Shown piece by piece: positions 8,391-19,745 of a stretch of 64,000 bases of DNA. The stretch lies in the NCBI GenBank assembly GCA_963662945.1, contig OY759974.1, positions 2,336,001 through 2,400,000 of the forward strand, written 5' to 3'. Both the position numbers and the translations under genes were made by a program. The number at the start of each line of letters is the position of its first letter. The stretch's first letter is position 1. This DNA comes from Arcobacteraceae bacterium (GTDB lineage Bacteria; Campylobacterota; Campylobacteria; Campylobacterales; Arcobacteraceae). The notes beneath the pieces are model-generated. The model was not told the origin of the DNA. It worked only from the letters and a program-made list of their open reading frames with translations, and ran no database searches.

Positions 8391-9428
8391 TTGGAAAGAT
8401 TAGTAGAGTTAGAAAAAATGACATTTGAAGATACTAGTGATGAAGTAACACTTCGTCCTAGTGTTTGGGATGATTATATTGGACAAGAAAAAATCAAAAA
8501 AAACTTACAGGTATTTATTCAAGCTTGTAAAAAAAGAGATGAAGTTTTAGATCATATTTTACTTTTTGGCCCTCCAGGTCTTGGGAAAACAACTCTTAGT
8601 CATATCATTGCTAATCAGATGGAATCAAATATGAAAGTGACAGCAGCACCAACTATAGAAAAAGGTGGAGACTTAGCTGCTATTCTTACAAATCTAGAAG
8701 AGGGTGATATTCTTTTTATAGATGAAATACATAGGTTAACACCAGCAATTGAAGAGATTTTATATCCAGCTATGGAGGATTTTCGTTTAGATATTATTAT
8801 AGGTTCTGGGCCTGCTGCACAAACAGTGCAGATTGATTTACCAAAATTTACACTTATAGGGGCGACTACAAGAGCAGGAATGTTAAGTAATCCTTTGAGA
8901 GATAGATTTGGAATGCATTTTAGATTAAACTTTTATAATGATGTTGAACTCTCAAAAATAGTTTCAATTGCTGCAAGTAAACTTAAAAAAGAAACTCAAA
9001 AAGAAGCAAGTTTAGAGATTGCAAGAAGAAGTAGGGGAACTCCTAGGGTAGCATTAAGACTATTAAAAAGGGTGAGAGATTTTGCAGATGTAGAAGACGA
9101 AGATACAATTGAATTACATAGATGTAAATATGCTCTTGACGAATTAGGAATTAATGATAAAGGTTTTGATGAAATGGATTTAAAACTTTTAGAGTTACTT
9201 TTATCAAATAAAGGAAAGCCAATGGGATTAAGTACTATGGCGGCTGCTTTAAGTGAAGATGAAGGAACTATAGAAGAAGCAATTGAGCCATATTTACTGG
9301 CAAATGGTTATATACAAAGAACAGCAAGAGGAAGAGTTGCAACTGTAAAAAGTTATGAGTTATTTAGATTAACGCCTCCAAAAGATGCTGAAAATATGTC
9401 TCTTTTTGAGATTGGGGATTGGGAATGA
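8391..9428 (+). CDS. ruvB: Holliday junction branch-migration helicase RuvB
   Basis: [42 protein letters not shown] start. Confidence 0.98.
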   Translation: MERLVELEKMTFEDTSDEVTLRPSVWDDYIGQEKIKKNLQVFIQACKKRDEVLDHILLFGPPGLGKTTLSHIIANQMESNMKVTAAPTIEKGGDLAAILTNLEEGDILFIDEIHRLTPAIEEILYPAMEDFRLDIIIGSGPAAQTVQIDLPKFTLIGATTRAGMLSNPLRDRFGMHFRLNFYNDVELSKIVSIAASKLKKETQKEASLEIARRSRGTPRVALRLLKRVRDFADVEDEDTIELHRCKYALDELGINDKGFDEMDLKLLELLLSNKGKPMGLSTMAAALSEDEGTIEEAIEPYLLANGYIQRTARGRVATVKSYELFRLTPPKDAENMSLFEIGDWE

Positions 9429-10270
9429 AATTAGATACGAAAGAATTAAAAAATATTACTTTATTATATGTAGAAGATGATGTACTTATTAGAGAACAAA
9501 CAAAAATAATTTTAACAAAATTATTTAAAAAAGTTTTTTGTGCAGATGATGGACAAAATGGATTAGAACTTTTTAAAGAGCATCAAAATGAGATTGATGT
9601 TATAGTTACAGATATAAATATGCCAAATATGAATGGTCTAGAGATGATAGAACAGATAAATATTTTAAAAAGCTCTATACCTACAATTGTGACAACCGCT
9701 CACACTGATTCAAATTATCTTATTAATGCTATTGATTTAAATGTTGATAAGTATATTGCAAAACCAATACAAATAAAAGATTTAACAATTGCAGTTGTTG
9801 ATAATGTTTTAAAATATAGAAGAGCAAATAATATTGAAAATCTTGCTAAAAGTTTAGTTTCAAAGAGCTCAAAAGATGATAGCTTAAACAATACATTAAC
9901 AAATCAAGTTGAAATTTTACAAAAACAGAATAATTATTACAAAGCAATTATAGATAATCTTGTAGTGACTTTTAAAATAGATAAAAATGGAACAATTATT
10001 GAAACATCTGATAAGTTCTTGAGATTTTTTAGTTATACAAAAGACAATATAATTGGAGAGAATATTAATATTTTAAAATGTGAAAGTTGTGTGCAAGAAA
10101 CTTTTCAAAAATTAATGTTAAGAGTAATACATGCAAAAAAAACGATAGTATCAACATATACTTTAGCAACGAGTGATAATAAAAGTATTAAATGTGATTT
10201 AACATTGACCCCCAACTACAGTCAAGATTCACTTATAGTTGGATATACGGTTTATATAGATATTTTATAA
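9425..10270 (+). CDS. Response regulator, REC plus C-terminal PAS-like domain
   Basis: LYVEDD/VTDINMP/YIAKP receiver, then a PAS-like segment ([22 protein letters not shown]...IIGENINIL); ATGA overlap with the ruvB stop. Confidence 0.85.
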   Translation: MKLDTKELKNITLLYVEDDVLIREQTKIILTKLFKKVFCADDGQNGLELFKEHQNEIDVIVTDINMPNMNGLEMIEQINILKSSIPTIVTTAHTDSNYLINAIDLNVDKYIAKPIQIKDLTIAVVDNVLKYRRANNIENLAKSLVSKSSKDDSLNNTLTNQVEILQKQNNYYKAIIDNLVVTFKIDKNGTIIETSDKFLRFFSYTKDNIIGENINILKCESCVQETFQKLMLRVIHAKKTIVSTYTLATSDNKSIKCDLTLTPNYSQDSLIVGYTVYIDIL

Positions 10271-10274
10271 GATT

Positions 10275-11414
10275 TTATGAAAGTCTATCTTTGTAGCTTT
10301 CATATCCATAGTTTCTAATAACTTTAAAGTTTCCGTCTTTCTTTTTTATTGCAATTGAAGGTAAATTAATACCATTAAATGTAGTTGTTTTTACCATCGT
10401 ATAATGTATCATATCTTCCAATATAATTTTATCTCCAATTTTTAATTGATGATCAAATGAATAGTCCCCTATAATATCCCCTGCAAGACAAGTATTCCCA
10501 CCAAATCGATAAGTGTATTTCTTTTCAAAAGCTTCACCTGCACCTCTAATTTGTGCTCTATAAGGCATTGCAAGAGTATCTGGCATATGACATTCTGCAC
10601 TTGTATCTAGTATTGCTATTTGCATTCCATTGTCAACTATATCTAGTACAGTTGCTTCTAAATAACCAGTTTTCCAACCTACTGCTTCACCTGGTTCCAT
10701 GTATAGTGTAAGATGTGGGTATTTACTTTTAAATTGTCGTAAAACATTTATTAATCTCTCCACATCATAGTCTTCTCTTGTAATATGATGACCACCACCA
10801 AAATTTAGCCATTTTAATTGTGAGAAATATTTACTGAAATTTTCTTCAAATTTTGCTAAAACAAGTTCTAAAGCATCAATATTTTGTTCACAAAGGGCAT
10901 GAAAATGTAATCCATCTATTATTTTTGGTAATTCTTTAGGAAAGTTTGAGATGGTTGTTCCTAAACGACTATATGTACCACAAGGATTATATAAATCAAC
11001 ATCTACAGTTGATACTTCAGGATTGACTCTTATTCCAATACTATTATTTGAATTAATTTTGTCCTTATATAGTTCAAGTTGATTAAAAGAGTTAAATACA
11101 ATATGATTTGAAATTTTTACAATTTCATCAAATTCATTTGGTTTAAATGCTGGTGAATAAGTATGTACTTCAAGTCCAAATTCTTCTTTAGCCAAAATAG
11201 CTTCATTAAGACCACTTGCACAACAACCCTTGAGATATTTTTTACACATATCAAAAGTACTAAACATAGCAAAACCTTTTAATGCAAGAAGAATTTTTAT
11301 ATCTGCTTCATCTTGCACTTTTTTTAAAAGTTTTAGATTATTTTCTAAAAGTTCCTCTTCACATACATAACACGGGCTTGGTAACAAGCTACTAGAATTC
11401 AAATCCACCACCAC
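10275..11414 (-). CDS. nspC: Carboxynorspermidine decarboxylase
   Basis: LLALKGF, YNPC...SRLG, GLHFHALCEQ, NFGGGHHIT, EPGEA, TCLAGD, HYTMVKTTTFNG. Confidence 0.96.
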   Translation of the reverse strand: MVVDLNSSSLLPSPCYVCEEELLENNLKLLKKVQDEADIKILLALKGFAMFSTFDMCKKYLKGCCASGLNEAILAKEEFGLEVHTYSPAFKPNEFDEIVKISNHIVFNSFNQLELYKDKINSNNSIGIRVNPEVSTVDVDLYNPCGTYSRLGTTISNFPKELPKIIDGLHFHALCEQNIDALELVLAKFEENFSKYFSQLKWLNFGGGHHITREDYDVERLINVLRQFKSKYPHLTLYMEPGEAVGWKTGYLEATVLDIVDNGMQIAILDTSAECHMPDTLAMPYRAQIRGAGEAFEKKYTYRFGGNTCLAGDIIGDYSFDHQLKIGDKIILEDMIHYTMVKTTTFNGINLPSIAIKKKDGNFKVIRNYGYESYKDRLS

Positions 11415-11589
11415 TTCCTTTATTCATACTTTCATATACAACTTTAATATAAGTGTCTCTTACATCACATTGTAAAATTTTATCACATTTCATGCAAGAA
11501 TCAATATTATGAGATACTTGACATTGTTTTAAAACAATAAGTTGTTCATCTAAGGCTAATTGCCATTTGTCTTTTTCTATTTCTTCCAT
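11392..11589 (-). CDS. Small hypothetical four-Cys protein ending GGGFEF
   Basis: Directly follows fbp; CQ..C.KC....C pattern; overlaps the nspC start. Confidence 0.8.
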   Translation of the reverse strand: MEEIEKDKWQLALDEQLIVLKQCQVSHNIDSCMKCDKILQCDVRDTYIKVVYESMNKGSGGGFEF

Positions 11590-12426
11590 TTATTTGTAAG
11601 AGTTTTTAACCATTTCAATTTCATATGCACTTCCAAAAAAACAAGGGCTTGTATCATGTATATGAGCCGTTTTTATATCAAGTACTCTATTTTGTCCATC
11701 AATTGCATATCCACCTGCTGTTTCAAATACATGAGCAAATGGAAACACTTCAAAAAGTTGTCTTAATTTTCCTTCAGGTTTATCACTAGCACCTGGATAT
11801 GAAAACAATCCACCGCCTCTTAAAAGTATATGATGTAAATCAGGAACCATTCCACCACTATAAGTAAGATCATAACCTTCTTTGAACATTTTATTTATCA
11901 TCTCTTTATGCTGAGGATACCAACATTGTTGTGTTGAACCAGGCGAGTTTATATTTCCTTTCTCATTCATAGTTATATCTTTGATATAATTAAATTCTTC
12001 ATTATTCATTCGATAAAGTTTTACACTTTTTCCATCACAAATAACCATCTCTACCCTTGGACCAAATACTACGTAAACTGAAGCAACAATATTATTTCCA
12101 GTAAAGTCATTTTTATAAATACCATAGATAGAACCTACAGATAAATTTACATCAACTAAACTACTCCCATCAAGTGGATCATAGGCAATAAGGTATTCAC
12201 CAACTTCATTAATATCAACAATGTTATCTTGTTCTTCACTTACAATCTGTTTTACACATGATAATTCTTTAAAATTATTTTCTATAATAATATCACTTTG
12301 AATATCAAGTTTGAGTTGTGTATCTCCAGTAGAATTCTGTTGTTCACTTTTACCAGTATCCCCTTTTTGAATAGTTTGTTGTATTTGTATCGTTGATTTT
12401 TTAATTGCTTCTATTATTTCATTCAT
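11590..12426 (-). CDS. fbp: Fructose-1,6-bisphosphatase class 1
   Basis: [39 protein letters not shown]. Confidence 0.96.
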   Translation of the reverse strand: MNEIIEAIKKSTIQIQQTIQKGDTGKSEQQNSTGDTQLKLDIQSDIIIENNFKELSCVKQIVSEEQDNIVDINEVGEYLIAYDPLDGSSLVDVNLSVGSIYGIYKNDFTGNNIVASVYVVFGPRVEMVICDGKSVKLYRMNNEEFNYIKDITMNEKGNINSPGSTQQCWYPQHKEMINKMFKEGYDLTYSGGMVPDLHHILLRGGGLFSYPGASDKPEGKLRQLFEVFPFAHVFETAGGYAIDGQNRVLDIKTAHIHDTSPCFFGSAYEIEMVKNSYK

Positions 12427-12438
12427 CTAATATTATCC

Positions 12439-12942
12439 TTATATTTTTTGTCCGTTTTGTTTGATCCATTCAATAATTTGATTTGTATTATTTAAATCTA
12501 ATATTGTCATATCTTGTGGTAAATCTTTTATATTGATTGAATTATCAGTTGCAATACAATCACTTTTTTCAAAATAGTTGTTATCTATCGTATCTCTTTG
12601 AACACATATTCTTGGTAATGGAAGAGTTTTTAATCCCTCAACTAATAAGATATCGAATTTACCAAACATATTGGCAATATCCTCTATGGAAGATGTCTCT
12701 TTTTTAAAAATGGTTGTTCTTGTAGGTGATACAACTGCTACTTCACTTCCTGTTTGAGAAAATTTAAAACTATCTTTTCCTTCTTTATCAAACATAGCTT
12801 TATCACATGGGTCATGTTTGATAATTGCAACTTTATAACCTTGCTCTTGCAATAGTGTTGAAATGTTTATTATTAGTGTTGTTTTCCCACTATTTGATGG
12901 ACCAGTAAAAGCTACGGCTATTCTATTAGTTGTATTATTCAT
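12439..12942 (-). CDS. mobB: Molybdopterin-guanine dinucleotide biosynthesis protein B
   Basis: GPSNSGKTT P-loop, VAIIKHDP, FDKEGKDS, LVEGLK. Confidence 0.93.
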   Translation of the reverse strand: MNNTTNRIAVAFTGPSNSGKTTLIINISTLLQEQGYKVAIIKHDPCDKAMFDKEGKDSFKFSQTGSEVAVVSPTRTTIFKKETSSIEDIANMFGKFDILLVEGLKTLPLPRICVQRDTIDNNYFEKSDCIATDNSINIKDLPQDMTILDLNNTNQIIEWIKQNGQKI

Positions 12943-12949
12943 AAGTGTG

Positions 12950-12958
12950 ATTATACCA
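12950..12958 (-). promoter_or_regulatory. Extended -10 promoter predicting a leaderless mobB mRNA
   Basis: Minus strand TGGTATAAT-cacactt-ATG (7-nt spacer), no SD. Confidence 0.65.
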
Positions 12959-12968
12959 AATTAATTCT

Positions 12969-13829
12969 TTAGTTAAATTTCTCTTTAAAAGTGCATTTTT
13001 GACATAATTCTTCAGTAGCGATATTTTGTTTAAATCCTTCAATGATATTTATAGCTCGTTGTGATTGAAGTATATCTTCTAGTGTTTCGTTGTGAAGATT
13101 TCCTAAGTTAATAACACCTGAACTGTCTAAACAACAAGGTACAACAGTTCCAGAACTTAAAATAGCAATTTGTGAGGTTAATCCATGACAGTAACCATTA
13201 GTAGTTATTGTATCTTGTAATGAAGGCCATTTAAAATATTTATCAAAATCTATTAAAATTTGGTTGTCTAATCTTATCGATTTATCAAGTGAAATATTTG
13301 ATAAGTTTATATTAAATTTGTGAGAAAGTAAAGTTAAAACTTGCATGTTAAAATCATTTTCACTATTTTTAGCATCCAAATTCCAGAGTCTGAAATTAAT
13401 AAAATTATGTATGTGTTTTTTTAATTTTAAATCACATAATTTAAACATTGGTTGAAGATATTCTTCTAGTGTTATGTTCATTTCATTTTTATTATAGCTA
13501 TTGAGTGAAAAATTAATTTGTTTTATTGCTTTATGTAAAAAGATATTTAAGTCAAAGTTTTTTAAGTAATAACCAGTAGTAGTAATATCTACTTTGATAT
13601 TATACTTAAATGCTATGTCAAGATATTTTTCGAGGTTATTTAAAGTTAAAGGGTCTCCAAATACATGTAAAGCAATATTTTTTGTAAAAGGTTGTATCTG
13701 AGTTAATATACTTTCAAAGAAGTTTAAATCCATAGTTGTAGGTTTTGCAGTTTTTGTAGGGCAAAAACTACATTCTAAACCACAAATATTTGTAAGTTCA
13801 ATATAAACTTTATGAAATTTGTAGTGCAT
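12969..13829 (-). CDS. Radical SAM protein with SPASM/twitch domain
   Basis: ELTNICGLECSFC (CxxxCxxC); C-terminal CHG...VVPCCLD...LGNL...LCQKC. Confidence 0.92.
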   Translation of the reverse strand: MHYKFHKVYIELTNICGLECSFCPTKTAKPTTMDLNFFESILTQIQPFTKNIALHVFGDPLTLNNLEKYLDIAFKYNIKVDITTTGYYLKNFDLNIFLHKAIKQINFSLNSYNKNEMNITLEEYLQPMFKLCDLKLKKHIHNFINFRLWNLDAKNSENDFNMQVLTLLSHKFNINLSNISLDKSIRLDNQILIDFDKYFKWPSLQDTITTNGYCHGLTSQIAILSSGTVVPCCLDSSGVINLGNLHNETLEDILQSQRAINIIEGFKQNIATEELCQKCTFKEKFN

Positions 13830-14304
13830 TTTTTATTAAATTAATATTACTTTTGAGTTTTTCTACTCTTGGTTGAAATTCTTGTTTATTTTCATTATAA
13901 TGCGTTGAGCCATCAATAGCAATTAGTTTATCATCAAAGTGTTCAATAGTTTGTTTTTGTATATCTTCATCTGTAAGACTTAGAATTAATTCAGGTGTTT
14001 GTTTTTCTAATTTCATTATAGTATGCTCTAGTGTATATTTATTGTCTATATCAATATTGAGATAGTTGCACATTTCTATATAAAGATTGTCTACACTTGA
14101 AGCATATCTGCTATAAATAGTTCCAGCAAAGTCGTTTAGATACAAATGAAAATTTTTATAGTTAGATAAGAATTCAATATTTTCATCAATATCCAGAACT
14201 GTATTATCATCTTCATAAAGTTTATTGTACATATGTCTCATACTTATATAAAGTATCTCACTACAGTTTTTTTGAATTTCTTCTAAAAATTGTTTTTTTG
14301 TCAT
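13810..14304 (-). CDS. Hypothetical protein, 164 aa
   Basis: ORF with AGGA RBS; overlaps the radical SAM gene start by 20 nt. Confidence 0.75.
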   Translation of the reverse strand: MTKKQFLEEIQKNCSEILYISMRHMYNKLYEDDNTVLDIDENIEFLSNYKNFHLYLNDFAGTIYSRYASSVDNLYIEMCNYLNIDIDNKYTLEHTIMKLEKQTPELILSLTDEDIQKQTIEHFDDKLIAIDGSTHYNENKQEFQPRVEKLKSNINLIKNALQIS

Positions 14305-14332
14305 TTTTATCCTACTTCCAAAGAATCTTACG

Positions 14333-14363
14333 AAAAAAAAAGAGAGCTAGAAAAGCTCTCTTT
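14333..14363 (-). terminator. Intrinsic terminator after pckA
   Basis: AAAGAGAGCT-AGAAA-AGCTCTCTTT stem with a long A-run (U-tract on the minus strand). Confidence 0.8.
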
Positions 14364-14386
14364 AGATTTTCTATAATTATTGTATA

Positions 14387-15964
14387 TTATAGTTTTGGTC
14401 CAGCAGATGTAAAATCAAAACTAGTATCTTCTGTCAAGTATTTTTTAAAGTTATTAATATACATACCTGCAAGTTCTTTAGCCATTTCATCATATTCTGC
14501 TTTATTTTCCCATGTATTACGTGGATTTAAAACTTCTGTATCAACTCCATCAAGAGTTTTTGGAATAGCAAGATTAAAGATTGGTAACGTATCAAATTCA
14601 CTGTGTTCTATGCTTCCATCTAAAATACCATTGATACAAGCTCTTGTATTTTTAATACTCATTCTTTTACCTGTACCATAGGCACCACCAGTCCATCCTG
14701 TATTTACTAAGTATACATTTACATTGTGTTTTTCAATTTTTTCACCAAGTAATTTTGCATATACAGTTGGATGTAAAGGTAAAAATGCTTCACCAAAACA
14801 AGCACTAAATGTAGCAGTTGGTTTATCAATACCTCTTTCAGTTCCAGCAACTTTTGCAGTGTATCCACTTAAGAAGTAATACATTGCTTGTTCATTTGTA
14901 AGCTTTGATACAGGAGGTAAAACACCAAATGCGTCAGCACTTAAAAATATAATATTTGTAGGATGTCCAGCTATTGAATTTGGTTGGATATTTTCTATGT
15001 GGTTAATTGGGTAAGATACTCTAGTATTTTCTGTTTTACTACCATCATTAAAATCAACATTACCATTTTCATCAGTTACGACATTTTCTAAAATAGCACC
15101 TTTTTTAATTGCTGCATAAATTTCAGGCTCACTTGAAGCATCTAGATTGATAACTTTTGCATAACAACCACCTTCAAAGTTAAATACACCATTATCATCC
15201 CATCCATGTTCATCATCACCAATTAAAGCTCTGTTTGGATCAGTTGAAAGTGTTGTTTTACCAGTTCCTGAAAGTCCAAAGAATAGGGCAGTTCCACCAT
15301 CAGCTCCAACATTTGCAGAACAATGCATAGCCATTTTCCCATCTAAAGGAAGCCAGTAATTCATCATTGAAAAAACACCTTTTTTCATCTCACCAGCATA
15401 CCAAGTTCCACCTATTACAGCTTCATTTTCTTCAATATTGAAAGCTACATATACTTCAGAGTGTAAACCTTGTTCTTTCCATTTTGGATTAGTAGTTTTA
15501 CAAGCATTGTATATAGTAAAGTCAGGTGTAAAGTTTTCTAACTCAGATTGAGTTGGAAGGATAAACATATTTTTTATAAAGTGAGCTTGCCAAGCGATTT
15601 CAGTGATAAATCTTATTGATTTTCTACTATCAAGACTTGAACCACAGTATACATCTGTAACATATAAGTCTTTCCCGCTAAGTTGTTGTTTAGATGTTTC
15701 TCTTAATGAAGCATAAGTTTCTTGGTCAACATACCTATTTACATCTCCCCATGATATATATTTCGAAGATGGGTCAGCATAAGCAAAATATTTATCTTTA
15801 GGACTTCTTCCTGTAAATATTCCTGTATCTATTATTAACGCACCACTAGAGGCTATTGTGGCCCCTTCATTTTCAACCGCATGGTCTATTAACGTATCTA
15901 TATCTAAGTTGTGGTAAACCTGACCTACATTTTCTAAACCAAGTGAGTTTTTAATATCTGACAT
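14387..15964 (-). CDS. pckA: Phosphoenolpyruvate carboxykinase (ATP)
   Basis: [50 protein letters not shown]. Confidence 0.98.
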   Translation of the reverse strand: MSDIKNSLGLENVGQVYHNLDIDTLIDHAVENEGATIASSGALIIDTGIFTGRSPKDKYFAYADPSSKYISWGDVNRYVDQETYASLRETSKQQLSGKDLYVTDVYCGSSLDSRKSIRFITEIAWQAHFIKNMFILPTQSELENFTPDFTIYNACKTTNPKWKEQGLHSEVYVAFNIEENEAVIGGTWYAGEMKKGVFSMMNYWLPLDGKMAMHCSANVGADGGTALFFGLSGTGKTTLSTDPNRALIGDDEHGWDDNGVFNFEGGCYAKVINLDASSEPEIYAAIKKGAILENVVTDENGNVDFNDGSKTENTRVSYPINHIENIQPNSIAGHPTNIIFLSADAFGVLPPVSKLTNEQAMYYFLSGYTAKVAGTERGIDKPTATFSACFGEAFLPLHPTVYAKLLGEKIEKHNVNVYLVNTGWTGGAYGTGKRMSIKNTRACINGILDGSIEHSEFDTLPIFNLAIPKTLDGVDTEVLNPRNTWENKAEYDEMAKELAGMYINNFKKYLTEDTSFDFTSAGPKL

Positions 15965-15982
15965 ATCTCTGTTTTCCTAATT

Positions 15983-17302
15983 TTATTTGAATATTGATAA
16001 AAGAACACCAGCAGCAACGGCAGAACCAATTACTCCTGAAACATTTGGACCCATAGCATGCATCAATAAAATATTTGATTTATCATACTCTTGTCCCACT
16101 TTACTTACAACTCTTGCTGACATAGGTACAGCACTAACACCAGCTGCACCTATCAGAGGATTGATTTGTGAGTCTTTAGAACTAAATTTATTCATAATTT
16201 TAGCCATAATAACACCAGCTGCAGTTCCTGCACTGAATGCTAATAAACCAATAATCATAATCCCCATAGTATCAAGTACTAAGAATTTATCAGCTGCAAG
16301 TTTACTTCCAACACCAAGACCTAAAAATATTGTTACAATATTAATAAGTGAGTTTTGCATAGTATCACTTAATCTATCTACAACACCTGACTGTTTTGCA
16401 AAGTTTCCTAAAGCAAATGCACCAATTAGTGGAGTAGATTCTGGTAAAATTAAAATAGCCATCATAAGTATTAAAATAGGTAAGAAAAGTTTTTCTAATG
16501 GATGCACTTTTCTTAATGGTGGCATTTTAATTCTTCTTTCTGCATCTGTTGTTAATGCTTTCATAATTGGAGGTTGTATTACTGGTACAAGAGCCATATA
16601 TGAATAAGCAGCAACAGCAATTGCACCTAACATTTCAGGAGCAAGTCTATTTGCAATAAAAATTGAAGTAGGTCCATCGGCACCACCAATAATAGAAATT
16701 GCACTAGCCGATTGTAAATCGAATCCTATCATAACTGCACCAACTAGAGAACCAAAAATTCCAAATTGTGCAGCACCACCTAAAATAGCAGTTTTTGGAT
16801 TAGCAAGAAGCGGACCAAAGTCTGTCATTGCACCAACACCCATAAAAATTAGAAGTGGAAAAAATTCATTTGCAATACCCATATTATAAATAATACCAAG
16901 CATTCCATGTTCTCCACCCATATTGGCTAAAGGAATATTAGCTAATAAACCACCAAAAGCTATAGGTAATAATAATAACGGTTCAAATCCTTTTGCAATA
17001 GCAAGATAAAATAGTAAAAATACTATTCCAAACATAATAATTCTACCCCATGATTGTTCAAAAGCAGTCATAGGTCTTGCATTTGCAGGATTTGGTTCAG
17101 CAGTCATTATATCATCACTAGGATTTAATATTGCATTAATACCTGTAGTCTCATAAAACGAACTCATAAGTTCAGTTAAAGTTTTTGGTTGATACTCTTT
17201 CTTTTCTGTTTCAAGTGTTTCTGCGGCACTATTTGCGTAAAGATTACTACTAAATAGTGCAAAAAGCATTAAAAACAGAATAGAGATAATTTTTTTATTC
17301 AT
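15983..17302 (-). CDS. oadB: Na+-translocating oxaloacetate decarboxylase beta subunit
   Basis: [57 protein letters not shown]; start at MNKKIIS (GGAG RBS). Confidence 0.95.
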   Translation of the reverse strand: MNKKIISILFLMLFALFSSNLYANSAAETLETEKKEYQPKTLTELMSSFYETTGINAILNPSDDIMTAEPNPANARPMTAFEQSWGRIIMFGIVFLLFYLAIAKGFEPLLLLPIAFGGLLANIPLANMGGEHGMLGIIYNMGIANEFFPLLIFMGVGAMTDFGPLLANPKTAILGGAAQFGIFGSLVGAVMIGFDLQSASAISIIGGADGPTSIFIANRLAPEMLGAIAVAAYSYMALVPVIQPPIMKALTTDAERRIKMPPLRKVHPLEKLFLPILILMMAILILPESTPLIGAFALGNFAKQSGVVDRLSDTMQNSLINIVTIFLGLGVGSKLAADKFLVLDTMGIMIIGLLAFSAGTAAGVIMAKIMNKFSSKDSQINPLIGAAGVSAVPMSARVVSKVGQEYDKSNILLMHAMGPNVSGVIGSAVAAGVLLSIFK

Positions 17303-17327
17303 ATTTCTCTCCAAGTTTTTATCCCCA

Positions 17328-19145
17328 CTAGCCAATAACTACTATAGTTTGACCCTCATTAACTGCATCATTTGGTTTTACTGCTACATCTGTAATAGTT
17401 CCAGAACAAGGTGCTTCTATATCAATTTCCATTTTCATAGCTTCTAAAATAGATACTACTTGACCTTTTTCAACTTTATCACCAACACTTACTAAAAGCT
17501 TCCATACATTTCCACTCACTGTTGCACCTACTTGTGTTCCTGCACCATTTGTTGCAGGAGCTGCAGCTGGAGTTGCTGTTTGAGTTTGTACTGGAGCTAC
17601 AACTTGAATATCTGCATTACCTTCTGCAACTTGAACGCTAAACTTTTTACCATCTACAACTACTGTATAGTTACCATCTGCCATTTTTTTATCTTCCTTA
17701 TTATCTATTTTTGTTTCACAAGTTAAATTTTCACAATCACTAATTTTTCTTATATTTAAAGGAGACTCTCCTTTTAAGAACGCTATACCTTTTTCATCAC
17801 AAGCAGCTGCAATAAATATATTTTCTTCTGTTGTTTCTAAACCTTCAATTTCTAATCTTTCTTTCCATGCTGCTATTGATTTAGTAACATCATTATCAGC
17901 TAAATCAAGTGGATTTTCTTTTGTAGGCTCAAGTTTTAATTTTTCACTTGCTAGTTTTACTATTGCTGGATCTGGCTCAACTGGAGTTTTACCAAAGTAC
18001 CCAAGTACCATTTTCCCATAACCTGGAGCTATTTGTTTCCAAGGTCCAAAGTTTACATTTGCGTATGCTTGTTGCCAATAAAATTGAGATACAGGTGTTA
18101 CAGATGTTCCATATCCACCTTTTTCAACAACTTCTTGCATCGCTTTAATAACTTCTGGGAATTTATCTAATGTACCATTATCTCTCATCATTTGTGTATT
18201 TGCAGTTAAAGCACCACCTGGCATTGGGGAAAATGGAATTAAAGGAGAAACTTGAGTAGCTTCTGGTGGCATAAAATAGTCTTTTAGACAATCTTTTAAT
18301 ACTTCTTGATATTGTAATATTTTTTCAATACTTAATCCACCTAAATCAAAATTACTTCCTTTTGTTGCATGAAGCATTGTAAGAATATCAGGTTGACTTG
18401 TACCACCACTTACTGGAGCATTTGCTAAATCTATACCATCTGCACCAGCTTCAAGTGCTGCTAAATAAGCTGCAACACTTACTCCCGCAGTTTCATGAGT
18501 ATGAAGTCTAATATGTGTATCATCACCTAAAAGTTTTCTTGCCATTTTAATAGTATCATATACTTTTTTAGGGTTTGCAGTACCACTTGCATCTTTAAAA
18601 CAGATAGAATCATATGGTAACCCACTATCAAGTATTTTTCTTAATGTATTTTCATAAAATGCTACATCATGAGCACCTTCACAACCAGGAGGTAAATCCA
18701 TCATTGTAACAACAGCTTCATGTTTTAAACCATGATTTTTTATACATTGTGCTGAATATTCTAAATTATTTACATCATTTAAAGCATCAAAGTTTCTTAT
18801 TGTTGTTGTTCCATGTTTTGCAAATAATTTTGCATGTAAATCGATAAGCTCTCTACTCCCTGTATCTAGCATAACTGTATTTATACCACGAGCAAGTGTT
18901 TGAAGATTTGCATCTGGTCCAACGATATTTCTAAACTTATCCATCATATCAAACGCATTTTCTTGTAGATAGAAAAATAGTGATTGGAATCTAGCTCCAC
19001 CACCAAATTCAAAATGTTTTATTCCCGCATGTGAAGCAGCTTCGACAGCTGGAAAGAAATCATTCATAAGGACTCTTCCTCCAAAGACAGATTGAAATCC
19101 ATCTCTAAATGTTGTGTCCATTATATCTATATATTTTTTTGACAT
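17328..19145 (-). CDS. oadA: Oxaloacetate decarboxylase alpha / pyruvate carboxylase B-type carboxyltransferase with biotin carrier
   Basis: [28 protein letters not shown], biotinyl motif EAMKME. Confidence 0.93.
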   Translation of the reverse strand: MSKKYIDIMDTTFRDGFQSVFGGRVLMNDFFPAVEAASHAGIKHFEFGGGARFQSLFFYLQENAFDMMDKFRNIVGPDANLQTLARGINTVMLDTGSRELIDLHAKLFAKHGTTTIRNFDALNDVNNLEYSAQCIKNHGLKHEAVVTMMDLPPGCEGAHDVAFYENTLRKILDSGLPYDSICFKDASGTANPKKVYDTIKMARKLLGDDTHIRLHTHETAGVSVAAYLAALEAGADGIDLANAPVSGGTSQPDILTMLHATKGSNFDLGGLSIEKILQYQEVLKDCLKDYFMPPEATQVSPLIPFSPMPGGALTANTQMMRDNGTLDKFPEVIKAMQEVVEKGGYGTSVTPVSQFYWQQAYANVNFGPWKQIAPGYGKMVLGYFGKTPVEPDPAIVKLASEKLKLEPTKENPLDLADNDVTKSIAAWKERLEIEGLETTEENIFIAAACDEKGIAFLKGESPLNIRKISDCENLTCETKIDNKEDKKMADGNYTVVVDGKKFSVQVAEGNADIQVVAPVQTQTATPAAAPATNGAGTQVGATVSGNVWKLLVSVGDKVEKGQVVSILEAMKMEIDIEAPCSGTITDVAVKPNDAVNEGQTIVVIG

Positions 19146-19147
19146 TA

Positions 19148-19399
19148 TTAACCTTTTTGATTGTTATAGTGTATTATTGCAGCTGTGATTGCTGCTATTG
19201 TATCTTTTTCATCAGTAGTATTTGTAGCCTGAGGTTTCCATTGAGACAATTCTTCTTTAGGTTTCTCTGGCAAATATTTTGCTATAAGAATCGCTTGGGC
19301 CTTAAGTGCAAAAATCATTACTATAAGAAATAGAAAAACTATTCCCATACCAAGAGCCATAAATTTTAAAGACTCTACGACTAAATTTATTTCTTCCAT
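19148..19399 (-). CDS. oadG: Oxaloacetate decarboxylase gamma subunit
   Basis: LGMGIVFLFL single TM and IAAITAAI..Y C-terminus; start MEEIN with GGAG RBS. Confidence 0.9.
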   Translation of the reverse strand: MEEINLVVESLKFMALGMGIVFLFLIVMIFALKAQAILIAKYLPEKPKEELSQWKPQATNTTDEKDTIAAITAAIIHYNNQKG

Positions 19400-19533
19400 A
19401 AATGTTCTCCATTTTATTTTAGTAACCAAATTGTAATTACTAAAAATTAAAATTTCAACATTTTATATTAATATTGCTTTAGTAAATATTTAATGCCATA
19501 AGAATGGCATTTTATTTTTAAAATTAATCAATT

Positions 19534-19608
19534 TTATAGGATTATTTCACACAATTTATAAATAAATATATCAACTTTATCACTTATATTTTTCAAGTTT
19601 TTTTTCAT
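19534..19608 (-). CDS. Small ORF, 24 aa (MKKNLKNISDKVDIFIYKLCEIIL), divergent from the CI/LexA-like repressor
   Basis: Strong SD ACAGGAG 5 nt before the ATG; hairpin at 19492-19511 just downstream; below the ORF-track cutoff. Confidence 0.55.
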   Translation of the reverse strand: MKKNLKNISDKVDIFIYKLCEIIL

Positions 19609-19696
19609 AAATGCTCCTGTTTGTAATTTAAATATTCGAAATAATTACATAAAAAAATAAAATATTTTAAAAAAATTGCATTTTGCAATTAAAAAT

Positions 19697-19725
19697 TTGA
19701 CATTTATTGCAAATGTATGTATAAT
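19697..19725 (+). promoter_or_regulatory. Consensus sigma70 promoter of the repressor gene, containing a palindrome
   Basis: TTGACA (19697-19702), 17-nt spacer, TATAAT (19720-19725); ACATTT-ATTGC-AAATGT inverted repeat at 19700-19716. Confidence 0.8.
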
Positions 19726-19745
19726 TAGAAAAAAAGAGGTGTAAA

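Noticed and set aside
12969-14304. Radical SAM/SPASM gene as a RiPP maturase
   Set aside because: No short precursor, transporter or peptidase nearby; the neighbours are housekeeping genes.
15987-16607. 206-aa plus-strand ORF and similar antisense ORFs (e.g. 19667-20188, 34379-34753, 44000-44422, 55213-55593)
   Set aside because: All lie antisense to well-supported genes and have no motifs or RBS; typical shadow frames.
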